Source of the DNA: Mobula hypostoma
Taxonomy: Eukaryota
Length of the DNA stretch: 64,000 nucleotides
Direction of reading: 5' to 3'
Assembly (NCBI RefSeq): GCF_963921235.1
Contig: NC_086100.1
Coordinates: 198,464,001 to 198,528,000, forward strand
Within the stretch, counting starts at the first letter, position 1, and each line of letters begins with the position of its first letter. A program made the translations under genes and the position numbers. Positions 37,646 through 49,327 of the stretch are shown piece after piece. The notes below the pieces were generated by a model. It did not search any database. It was not told the DNA's origin and saw only the letters and a list, made by a program, of their open reading frames with translations.

Positions 37646-38669
37646 TAAGTTATCCCCTCTGGTTCAAGAGCCTGATGAATGAGGAGTAATAACTGTTCCT
37701 GAACCTGGTGGTGTGAGTCCTGAGGCTCCTGTACTTCCTTCCTGGTGACAGCAGTGAGAAGAGATCATGTCCTGGGTGGTGGGGGTCCCTGATGATGGAT
37801 GCTGCTTTCCTGTGACAGCGTTTCATGCAGATGTGTTCAATGATGGGAGGGCTTTACCCGTGATGGATTGGGCCATATCCACTACAAAATAAACAGAGAG
37901 ATGGTGTTTATGGGTTCATGGACCGTTCAGAAATATGATAGTGTAAGGGAAGAAACTGATCCTCCTGAACAATTGAGTGTGGGTCTTCAGGCTCCTGTAT
38001 GGCAGTGAGGAGAAGAGGGTGTGTCCCAGATAGTAAAGCTCCTTAGTAATGGATGCTGAACTCTTGAAGTGCTGCCTTTTGGATGGTAGGGAGAGTTAAA
38101 GATGAGCTTCATTGTTAACATCGGAACATACAGAGAAGGGTGTTGTTTGCTTCAATGGCCAACACAGTCTGAGGATGTGCTGATGGCAGCCTGCGGGTGT
38201 TGCCACGTTTCTGGCTGCCACGTAACACGCTGACCACTCACTAACACTAACTCGTATGTGGCCGTGGTAGGGCTGGCTGAGTCTACAGTCGTCTGCAGCC
38301 TCGTGCGATCCTAAGCATTGGAGCCTCCACACCAGCCTGTGACGCCAGTCAGAATGCTCTCCTCTAGGTTGTCAATTATGGGTCCCCAGCCACTTCCCAC
38401 AGGCGCTGACTCCCCTTCCTGAACCTCCCTCTCTGGACCCTCCCCAGAGTCAGTGAGGGGTGTAGGGAATTGGGGGGGGGTCACAGAGATGGGGGAGGGC
38501 AAACTGCTCGATAGAAGTGGGCTTCCTTCCCTGCTTTCACAGGATCAAGACCACCTCCAGGAGGGTCAACTTTCCCGGGATTAGGGTCCCAGCCGTCCTC
38601 CAGTGGCCGGAGAGATTTACAGAGGTGGCGTGGGAGCGTGTCACGGAGACAGGAAGGGGTGTAAGGTCC

Positions 38670-39478
38670 AGAGGGGATTATGGAGACAGGGAAGGGTGTA
38701 GGGGTCGGAGGGATTACAGGGACAGGGAGGGCTGTAGGTGCGGAGGGGATTACAGGGACACGGAGGGGTGTAGGGGCCAGAGGAGATTACAGGGACAGGG
38801 AGGAGTGTAGGTGCGGACGGGATTACCGAGACAGGGAGGGGTATAGGGGGTAGAGGGGATTATTGGGACAGCGAGAGGTTTAGGTGCGGAGGGGATTATG
38901 GATCCAGGAAGGGGCATAGGTGATTATAGAGAGGGAGGGTTGTAGGGACTAGGGGGATTATTGAGAGGGAGGGGTGTAGGGGCTGGAGGGGATTATGGAG
39001 ACAAGGAGGGGTGTGGGGACTGGAGGGAACTTTCGAGAGGGAGGGGTGTAGGGGCTGGAGGGGATTAGAGAGGGAGGGGTGTAGCGCTGGAGGGGATTAT
39101 GGAGACAAGGAGGGGTGTAGGAGTGGAGGGGATTACGGGGAGAAGGAAGGGTGTAGGAGTGGAGGGGATTATAGAGGGGGGTGTAGGGACTGGAGGGGAT
39201 TATCGAGAGGGAAGGGTGTAGGGGCTGGAGGTGATTATGGAGACAAGGAGGGGTGTAGGAGTGGAGGGGATTACGGGGAAGGAAGGGTGTAGGAGTGGAG
39301 GGGATTATAGAGGGGGGTGTAGGGACTGGAGGGGATTATCGAGAGGGAAGGGTGTAGGGGCTGGAGGTGATTATGGAGACAAGGAGGGGTGTAGGAGTGG
39401 AGGGGATTATCGAGAGGGAGGGGTGTAGGGGCTGGAGGTGATTATGGAGACAAGGAGGGGTGTAGGAGTGGAGGGGAA
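38670..39478 (+). repeat. G-rich minisatellite (~35-bp unit)
   Basis: Repeats of ggaggggattatggagacaaggaggggtgtaggagt, with a higher-order duplicated block. Confidence 0.9.
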
Positions 39479-39769
39479 ACTTTGAGCCCTGCCCATCCCC
39501 TGCTCCATTGCCAATCCCAGAATCAGGTTTACCATCACTAACAACTGACCCTGTCTCTCATTTGGAGAGGGACACAGAGGTGAGGGGCTTGCAGTATTGT
39601 AAACCCAATGTGAGCCGGTAGGAGTCTGTGGTCAACATGAGCCAGCTGGGCTGAAGGGCTGCTGTCCACATGACTCCGTGATTCTCAGTTTTGGCTGGGC
39701 TGTCACACTCCCTCCAGCAGGTGGGGGGTCCGACAGAGGAACGGGCCGCAGGGCAGGGGTCTTCTAAAT

Positions 39770-40450
39770 GTCTTTATACAGCTTTGGTCACTTGGAGTAT
39801 TGTGAGCAGTTTTGGGCCTCTTATTTAAGAAAAGATGTGCTGGCACTGGAGAGGGTCTAGAAGAGGTTTACGGGAGTAATTCCAGGAATGAAAGGGTTAA
39901 CATTTGAGGACCGTTTAATGGTTTTGGGCCTATCTATACTCACTGGAGTTTAGGAAAATGATGGGGGTGGGGGGGATCTCACTGAAACCTATCGAATACT
40001 GAAAGGCCTGGGTAGAGTCATGGAGAGGATGTTTCCTACAGTGGGGAGTCTAGGACCAGAGGGCACAGATAGAGTGAATGTGGAGAGGGTGTTTCCTATA
40101 GTGGGGGAGTCTAGGGCCAGAGGGCACAGATGGAGTGAATGTGGAGAGGGTGTTTCCTATGGTGGGGGAGTCTAGGGCCAGATGGCACAGCCTCAGACCC
40201 ATTAGAACAGAGATGAGGATGAATTTTGTTAGCCAGAGGGTGGTGAATCCGTGGAATTCATTGCCACAGACGGCTGTAGAGGCCAAGTCATTGACTATAT
40301 TTAAAGCGGAGGTCGATAGGTTCTTGATCAGTCAGGGGGTCAAAGGTGACGGAAGGAAAGCAGGAGAGTAGGTTTGACAGGGGTGATGAATCAGCCATAA
40401 TTGATGGGCCGAACGGCCTAATCCTGCTCCTGTGTTCTATGTTCTCACGG
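39770..40450 (+). mobile_element. CR1 3' fragment with internal ~60-bp triplication (about 40010-40190)
   Basis: VERVFPMVGESRAR unit occurs three times. Confidence 0.85.
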
Positions 40451-40710
40451 TCTGTAACGGAGGACAGGGAGGGCCGGGGCCGGATTCAGACACCGCGGCT
40501 CGCTCCACCTTGCCTGACCTCCAGACTGGAGGAACGCGGTCCTCCCCGGCCAGATCACGGTTAAAGTTTATTGTCTCCGCTCGAGTGCTTACTGTAAACA
40601 GGCGAGTTCACCTGGGCGGTGGCAGGGGAAAGCGTGCGGAGAGCAGAGCGGCTGCGGGGAGAGGCGGTCACGCTGCACAGGACTCTCTCTCTCCCGGGGG
40701 AAGGGACAAC
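40450..40710 (+). promoter_or_regulatory. CpG-rich proximal promoter / 5' UTR of atp6v1b1
   Basis: Unique CpG-rich stretch between a CR1 tail and the ATG. Contains forkhead core GTAAACA (40594-40600) and a GC box tgggcggt (40613-40620). Confidence 0.6.
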
Positions 40711-40807
40711 ATGTCCACCATGGTGGAGGTCAGGGCCAGCGAGTTGGCGGCACTCCGGGAGCACGTTTGCGCCGTCAGCCGGGACTACATCTGCCAGCCT
40801 CGCCTCA
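40711..40807 (+). CDS. atp6v1b1: V-type H+-ATPase subunit B1, exon 1
   Basis: MSTMVEVRASELAALREHVCAVSRDYICQPRL plus A, then donor GTAAGT (phase 1). Matches the V-ATPase B N-terminus (AVSRNYxxQPRL). A second in-frame ATG at 40720 has a stronger Kozak context (tccaccATGG). Confidence 0.9.
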
Positions 40808-42679
40808 GTAAGTACCCGGGCAGCAGAGAGAGGTGGAGAGGGAGGGAGGGCGGGAGAGAGAGAGAGCGAGGGAAGAAAGCGATAGAGGGAAAGGAGATAG
40901 AGAGGGAGACAGAGGGAGAGGGTCCAACAACACCGGGTGTGGACAGGGGGCACAGTGAGAGAGGGAGGGGATTGGGTGGTCCAACTCAACACAGGGCATG
41001 GACGGGACACAGAGACAGGGAGTGGTGAGGGTGGGGACCAGCACTACAACATAGGCCCCAAGCACAGACAGGGCAGAGGGGGTGGGGGATCTAACACCAG
41101 GGAAAGTGCGTTATGGTGTCATGGGGAGAGGCAGAGGAGAGAGGGTGTAACAGGGCGACCCGGGAGAGGAGAGAGGGTGTGGCGGTGGAGTCGGGTTAAA
41201 GTGTTACAGGATGTTGGGCTGATGGAGAGCGGGGTATTCTGGGGAGAGAGTGTAAGTTGATAAATTGGTTTATTATTGTTCCATGCACTGAGATGCAGTG
41301 AAATTCGTATTTTTCAAACTGTTCAAACAGATCAGATCTTTACACAGTGCATTGAGGTAGAACAAGAATGCAGAATAAAGTGTAACAGTTACAGAGAACG
41401 TTCAGTGCAGGTAAACAATATGGTGCCAGGCCATAACAAAGTAGATTGTGAGGCCAAGAGTCTAGCTTATCATAATGGGGATCAGTCAATAGTCTTATAA
41501 CAGCAGGGTAGGATCAGTCCTTGAGTCTGGTAGAAGTACTGGTCGGTGTTTGTACCTTCTGCCTGTTGGGAGGTGGGGGGAGCGAAAGAGAGAATATCGG
41601 GGTGAGTGGGTAAATTGGTAACACTAACTGCTTTACTGAGACAGTGAGAAGTGTAGACAGAGGAGAGCCTGGTTTCACCAGCAACTTTGATGTGTGGTGC
41701 TTGAATTTCCAGCATCTGTAGAATTCCTCGTGTTTAAGGATTTATCAACCTCTGCTTTAAATATACCCAATAACATGGTCTTCAGAAGCATCCATGGCAA
41801 TGAATTCCACAGACTCACCACCTTCTGGTTAAAGAAATCCCTCCTTGTCTCTGTTCCTAATGGACAGCCCCTCAATCCTGAGGCTGTGACCTCTGGTCTT
41901 TGACTCACTCACCGTAGGAAACATCCTCTACACGTTCAGTCTGTCTAGGCCTTTCAATATTCAATGGGTTTCAATGAGGTTGCACCTCATTCTTCTGAAC
42001 TCCAGCGAGTGCAAACTCAGAGTTATCAAACACACTTCATATGTTAACCCTTTCATTCCTGGCATCATTCTTGTGAGCCTCCTCTGGACCCTGCCCGTAC
42101 GCACAAGTACATGTGTGTGCAAGTGCAATGAAAAACTTTCCTGTAGCACCACAGGCACGGAGGATCAGATAAGCAACATTCAACTTCTGTTTATTGTCAT
42201 TCAACTGTACACACGAATACCGGCAAGTGAAACAACATTCCTCCGGATCAAGGTGCACAGCACAATACATATAACTCACACACAACACATAAAGTAATAT
42301 CACCAGAAATAAATTAACAAATAATAAGGTGTATTTACGACACAAGTTTAAAAAGTAAACAGGACAACGTTACTAACACTTCAGACGTGATGAGACCTGG
42401 GTGGTGGCCTGAGGCTGTGACACTGCTGAACCTCTCATCACAGCGCTAAGCAGTATTGCATCTGTATTGTACTGTCTCAGTACTTTTATATTTGTGTGCT
42501 GTAGCACTTTTTTTATTCACAGTTATTTAGTAAATATCACTATTCTTTGCATTTCTGGTCTGATGCTAAATGCATTTCATTGGCTTTGTATCTGTACTCG
42601 ACGCAGTGACAATAAAGTTGAATCTAATCTAATCTAAATCTAATCTGGGGGAGGAAGCTGTTTCCCATCCAAACAGTTC

Positions 42680-43510
42680 TTATCCTAATGCTTTGGTACC
42701 TCCAGCTAATAATAATAATAATATTAGTAATAATAATGATAATAATTATTATTAGCCTGATGGTTGGCGGTCAACGAGAGTGCTGGATGGATGGGAGGGG
42801 TTATCGACAATGCTAAGGGCCCTGCATCCACAGAGCTCCTGATAAATATCTCAGATGGTGGAAGAGAGACCCCGATGACCCTCTCAGCTGTCCTCACAAT
42901 CCTTTGTAGGGACTTGGGGTCAGATGGCTTGCAATTCCCGTAGCAGCTGGTGATGCGGGTCACTCTCGATGGTGCTCCTGTAAAGAGGTTGTTAGAATGG
43001 GTGGGGTGAGGGTGTGTGGGGAGCCTTGTTCATCTCAAACGAAGACGCTGTTGTGGCTTCTTGTTGTTCAGTGACTAGCTGAGATCATCCATTAAGTGCA
43101 CTCCCAAAAACTTGGTGCTCCTGACTCTCTCCACGGAGGAACTGCATGTGTTCAATGAGGAGTGGTCAGCCTGCACCTTCCTAAAGTCCACAATCATCTC
43201 CATGGTCTTGTTCACGTGGAGACCCAAGTTGCTGTGCTCGCACCGTTCTACCAGCTGCTCCACCTTCTGTCTGTACGCTGTCTTATCATGGTTGTTGATG
43301 TGGACAAGCGCTGTGTTGTGTCATCAGCGATCGGTTTGAACTGGATCGAGCAGCACAGACGTACATCAGCAGCGTGAGCAGCAGCGAGCTGAACGTGCAG
43401 CCAGCGCTCAGCCCGATGGAGCTGGAGATGTCGCTGCCAATGTGGACTTGCTGTGGCCTTTTCTGTTAGGTCGTCCAAGATGCGGTTACAGAGAGAGAGG
43501 TGCTGAGACA
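42680..43510 (-). mobile_element. Old Rex1/Babar fragment
   Basis: NKTMEMIVDFRK...KFLGVHL; ITSCYGNC...LQRIVRTAERVIG. Confidence 0.8.
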
Positions 43511-46326
43511 CAATGGGGACATTTCACAAGAAAAACAGAAATTTAACCATTTTTACAAGAAAGATCACAATGATATACAGCACGACAATAGGCCCTCTGG
43601 TCCAATAACCTCGTGCTACCCAATTACACCCATGTGACTGATTAACTTGCTAACCCGTACGTCTTTGGAGTGTGGAGGGAAACCAGAGCACCTGGAGGAA
43701 AGTCACCGAGAGAACGTACACAGAACACCACAGCACAGAAACAGGCCCTTTGGCCCATCTAGTCCATGCCAAGTTGTTATTCTGTATTTATTTCACAGAG
43801 ACCTGTTGGGTTCTGGCGTTTTCTAACCCTATAACTGTTTAGCTTTCCCCAATTTCCATTGCTCTATACTGGCTACCTACATTTTGGATTTTTGAACTCT
43901 TCCCCATAACCTCACTGCTAAATTGTTTCCCATGGCTTTGTGGATGCTTCTTATTAGTCAGGGTGTCAAAGGTTACGGGGAGAAGGCAGAAGAATGAAGC
44001 TGAGAGGGATAGTAAGTCAGCCATGAAGCAGGCTGAATAGCCTAATCCTGCTCCTATATCTCACAGTCTTATTTGCAGTTTTGCTTTTTGATTACCTTCC
44101 TAAAACAAACCGATCCCGAAAAAAGCTCTGCAAACTTGAGCAACTCCCTGAAAGTAACTGGCCTTCCGAAATAAAATGCTCATCATCGTAAAACAGCCCA
44201 AAGTAAACTGAACACAATAAACACCTCCCCCCCACCCCCAAATCAAAGAAACCAAAATAGATCAGCCCCAAAGAGGCCTGAGCCCCCAGATGATCAGAAT
44301 TATCAGTGGTGAAGAAGGCGTTTGGTTCACTGGCCTTGGTCATGGGGTGACTGGAGTTCAGAGGCTGCTGTTTACTGACTACAGCTCAGCACTTAATACG
44401 ATTATTCCTACAGTACTGATCGAACAACTACACCACCTGGGCCTCTGTACCTCCCTCTGCTACTGGATCCTTGACTTCCTCGCTGGAAGACCACAATCTG
44501 TGTGGATCGGATTGGAAATAGCACCCCGTAATTCAGTTTTTTCCATACTTATCATGTATTGCATTGTACTGCTGCTGCTAAGTTAACAGGTTTCACGACG
44601 CATGCCGGTGATAATAAACCTGATTCTGATTCTAACAACAATTAAAGAAATGATTAGCTTTATTTGTCGCGTGTACATTGAAATGTGGAAACGCACAGTG
44701 AAATGTGTGGTATTGCGTTAACGACCAACACAGTCCGAGGATGTGACAATTTAGTCTGAGAATTACTTCATGTTACAACACAGTTCGGTCCATTCTGGTT
44801 CTTTGCCGGCTCTTATCAGACCAGTCCCAGTTGAATGGTAGTGCCTTGGGAGTGTAACGGAACAGAGGGACTGAGGAATTAAGACCAAAGGAACAGAATT
44901 TGGCCCGTCAAGTCTGCTCTGCCATTTAATCATGACTGATCCTTTTTTTCCCCACCTCGGCCGCACTCCCCGGCACAGTTGATTGAAGGCCGTGTCACAG
45001 GTAGGCAGGGTGGAGAAAAGAGCGTTTGGTGTGCTGGCCTTCATCAGTCAGGGCATTGAGTAAAGGACTTGGTTCATTACGTTGCAATTGTACACGTAGT
45101 TGGTGAGGCTACACTTTGAGCACTGTGCACAGTTTTTGGTCACCCTGTTATGGTAGAGATGTGGTTGAACTGGAAAGAATGCAAAATGATTTGAGGGTGT
45201 TGCCAACACTAGAGGGTCTGGGTTATAGGGAGAGGTTGACCAGGCTAGGAACTTATTCCTTGGAATATAGGAGACTTATAAAAGTATTTAAAATTAGAAT
45301 ATGCATTGTTAAGATGGACTGTAATAGTCTTTTGCCCAAAACTGCAAGTATGAAATTAGAGTGAGAAGTGAAAGATTTAAAACAAATCAGAGGGGCAAAT
45401 TTTCCTCTCAAAAACAGTGAGTTTATGGAACGAGCTGCCAGAGGAAGTGGTTGAGGCAAGTACGATAGTATCTTTTAAGCAACACTTGGACAGGTACGTG
45501 GAGGGGAGGCGGGGCAAATGTAGGACTCTGGGACTGGCTGATGGGCAGTATAGTCAGCAGGGACTAGATGGACTGAAGGGCCTGTATTTGTGATGTATTG
45601 CTCTATGACTTTATGACTCTGACCCCAAATGACACAAAAGAAACTGACAACCAAACTAAACAGAATCTCAGACTAATCTGGCTCCAAGATAAATTCACAG
45701 CAAAATTATCTAAACTCCAGAATAAAGCAATCCAAAATACTGACCATTAAAAATAAACTTTCCCCAAAATAACCAACCCCAGAATAAATTACTTTTAAAA
45801 AAGCCAGAATTTAAACTGCCATGCTAAAACTGCTCCAAATAAAACACAGGAAAAGTAGACTGAGGGCCTCTGTAAACTTAACCCGAGAAAGGACTAAATC
45901 TCACCATTGAAACAAAATAAAGATTTGTTATATTTGTCACATGTTCATGGAAATCTACAGTGAAATGTGTTATTTGTGAGGATTGTGCTGGGCAACCTGC
46001 AAGTGTTTTCTTATAAAAAATGTTTATTTACACCAAAATACACAAAATACAAACATCAAGTATTTACAAGACAGTGAATAAATTCAAATTAAAATAAGAT
46101 TATTACTGTCTATAAAACAGTCGTTTCCCTTGGGGGCCCTCCGGTCCTGGAATTCTCCCACTGTACCATGGTGACTGCATGCTCCCTCTCCAAAGACACC
46201 CAGGCACAAAGAGATCCCCGGAAAAGGGGCGGGCAGTTGGTCCAGGCAGGGCCCTTGACTGCTCGACGCCTGCACCCATGAATGCCCATTTTGGCCGGGC
46301 AAGCTCACAAGTAATTCCCCCAAGTG

Positions 46327-47660
46327 ACCCAGCCCTCCCCCTCACCCCGTACCGGGATACTGGGTGCCCCAGCCCTCTCCCCCACCCCATACTGGGGTAC
46401 TGGGTGCCCTGTCCCTCCCTCCCACCCTGTACTGGGTGCCCCGGCCCTCCCCCCCACCCCATACTGAGGTACTGGGTGACCCGTCCCTCCCCTGCACCCC
46501 ATACTGGGGTACTGGGTGCCCCGGCCCTCTCCCCCTCACCCCGTACCGGGATACTGGGTGCCCTGTCCCTCCCCCCCACCCCGTACCGGGGTACTGGGTG
46601 CCCCGGCCCTCTCCCCCACCCCATACTGGGGTACTGGGTGCCCTGTCCCTCCCCCCACCCCGTACTGGGTGCCCCAGCCCTCCCCCGTCACCCCATACTG
46701 AGGTACTGGGTGACCCGTCCCTCCCCCGCACCCCATACTGGGGTACTGGGTGCCCCAGCCCTCCCCCGCCACCCCATACTGAGGTACTGGGTGACCTGTC
46801 CCTCCCCTGCACCCCATACTGGGGTACTAGGTGCCCCGGCCCTCTCCCCCCACCCCATACTGGGTGCCCCAGCCCTCCCCCGCCACCCTATACTGAGGTA
46901 CTGGGTGACCTGTCCCTCCCCTGCACCCCATACTGGGGTACTGGGTGCCCTGTCCCTCCCCCCCACCCCGTACTGGGTGCCCCAGCCCTCACCCTATACT
47001 GAGGTACTAGGTGCCCCGGCCCTCTCCCCCCACCCCATACTGGGGTACTGGGTGCCCCGGCCCTCTCCCCCCACCCCATACTGAGGTACTGGGTGCCCCG
47101 TCCCTCCCCCGCACCCCATACTGGGGTAATGGGTGCCCCAGCCCTCCCCCGCCACCCCGTACTGGGGTACTGGGTGCCCCAGCCCTCACCCTATACTGAG
47201 GTACTAGGTGCCCCGGCCTTATACTGAGGTACTAGGTGCCCCGGCCCTCTCCCCCCACCCCATACTGGGGTACTGGGTGCCCCGGCCCTCTCCCCCCACC
47301 CCATACTGAGGTACTGGGTGCCCCGTCCCTCCCCCGCACCCCATACTGGGGTAATGGGTGCCCCAGCCCTCCCCCGCCACCCCGTACTGGGGTACTGGGT
47401 GCCCCGGCCCTCTCCCCCCCCCACCCCGTACCGGGGTACTGGGTGCCCCGGCCCTCTCCCCCCACCCCGTACTGGGGTACTGGGTGCCCCGTCCCTCTCC
47501 CCCCCCCACCCCGTACCGGGGTACTGGGTGCCCCGGCCCTCTCCCCCCACCCCGTACCGGGGTACTGGGTGCCCCGGCCCTCTCCCCCCCCACCCCGTAC
47601 CGGGGTACTGGATGCCCCGGCCCTCTCCCCCCACCCCATACCGGGGTACTGGGTGCCCCT
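46327..47660 (+). repeat. GC-rich minisatellite (~38-40 bp unit) in atp6v1b1 intron 1
   Basis: Repeats of ccccatactggggtactgggtgccccggccctctcccccca. Confidence 0.95.
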
Positions 47661-49009
47661 ATATCAGGAGGACAGGACTGAAGTGCAACCCTAACCTGTG
47701 GAGCAGCCCAGCCTAATGTTGCTACACTTCCATAAGGCTTGGGAGCAGAATTCGTAAATTCAGCCCTTTGGGTCTGCTCTGTCATTCCATCATGACTGGT
47801 TTATTATCCCTCTCAACTCCAACTTCCTGCCTTCTCCCTTAACCTTCGATGCCCTCGCTAATCACAAACCTATCGACCTCTGCATTAAGTAGACCCAAAG
47901 ACTTAGTCTCCACAGCTGTCCATGGCAATAAATTCCACAGACCGACCACCTACTGGCTAAAGAAATTCCTCCTCATCTCTTCTAAAAGAATGTCTTTCTG
48001 TTCTGGCACCAACACAGCATTCCTCCAGCTTACTAACCCTGACCCGTACATCGTCAGAATGTGGGAGGAACCCAGAGTGCCTGGGGGAAACCCACACGGT
48101 CACGGGAAGAACATACAAACTCCTTACAGGCAGTGGTGGGAATTGAACCTGGGTCACTGGAGCTGTAACAGAGTTACGCTAATGACGACGCGACCATACT
48201 GCCCCAAGTAAAGCAAACATCCAGCTGAAAGAACGGTCCGAAAGAAAGAAAAGATCAAAATGAAGCTTCACCAATAAACAAAACCAGAATACCATGCTGA
48301 TACTTCCAAAACACACTCATACGCTGCAAAACTCAATCCCCAGTGAAAGTTACACACATAGAGTTCAGCAGGGCAGGCGGCATCTATGGAGAGGGATAAA
48401 CAAGTTTAATGAATTAAAGTTCAAGTTTAATTCTAGTTTAATTGTCACTCAACCACACACGTGAATACAGCCAAACTAAACAGCATTCCCCTGGGGTCAA
48501 GGTACAAAACACAGAACCAATCGTCACACACAGCGATATAATTATGACCGCAAAAAAACCCTAGTTACAAAGATAGTAATAAAAATAATAATATAGTGGA
48601 GATTTTGGACCAGACCCTTCATCGGGACGGAATAAGAAGGTGGGGGAGTTGGCAGGTGACAGGTGGAACCAGGTGAGGGGGGAAGGTGGGTGGGTGGGTG
48701 GGGGAGAGGGGTGAGGTGTGAAGCTGAAAGGTGATAGGTGGAAGAGGTAAAGGGCTGAGGAAGACAGGAGATAAGGGTGGACCATAAGAGTAAGGGAAGA
48801 AGGAGGAGCACCAGCGGGGAGGGAAGGAGAAGAGGAGGGTTGGAGGGTTGAGAGAGGAGCCAGAATGGGAATATTAAAAGTAGAGAAGGGGGAGAAGGAT
48901 CAAGTCACTGGGTTGGAGAACTTGATGTCCATCCTAAATCAAAGTACATCCCCAGACAGCAGGGACCTCAGGCCAACCCAAGATAAACTAAACCACAAAA
49001 TAACTCAAA

Positions 49010-49327
49010 CATGGATAGGTCCCAAGTCCGGCTGTGACAGGAGCAGGGTTGGGCATGAGGCTAGCAACCCCATCCCATAAAAACCCAAAGCTGCAGAGGT
49101 GCCCTCAGAAGCTCGAACGACCTCGACCCTGAAGGATCCTCACCGAGAGGATGGGTGAAGTTGTGTGGTGAAAGCCACAAGTCCCTGGGAGCCACGGGGC
49201 CGAACATCCTCCTGTCATCCAGGTGAAAGTTTGGCCCGGGACGGAGGACTCTGGCAAGCTGCAGTCAGCGGACTATGCCCCATGCCCCAGTAGGGGTGAT
49301 GGGGGTGATCAGGCTCAAGAAGAAGAC
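49010..49327 (+). mobile_element. RTE-derived bipartite non-autonomous element
   Basis: RTE-like 5' UTR (gggttgggcatgaggctagcaaccccatccc) fused to a C-terminus LARDGGLWQAAVSGLCP and a (gaa)n tail. A related 3' piece lies at about 29745-29815 (-). Confidence 0.55.

Noticed and set aside
38517..39428. Gly/Arg-rich ORFs
   Set aside because: Translations of the G-rich minisatellite.
40432..41028. 198-aa ORF
   Set aside because: Only 40711-40807 is exon; the rest is promoter/UTR and a GA-rich intron start.
46103..47785. Many long Pro/Gly-rich ORFs and a CRISPR-like look
   Set aside because: All frames come from a GC-rich minisatellite. There are no unique spacers and no cas genes, and the context is a vertebrate intron.
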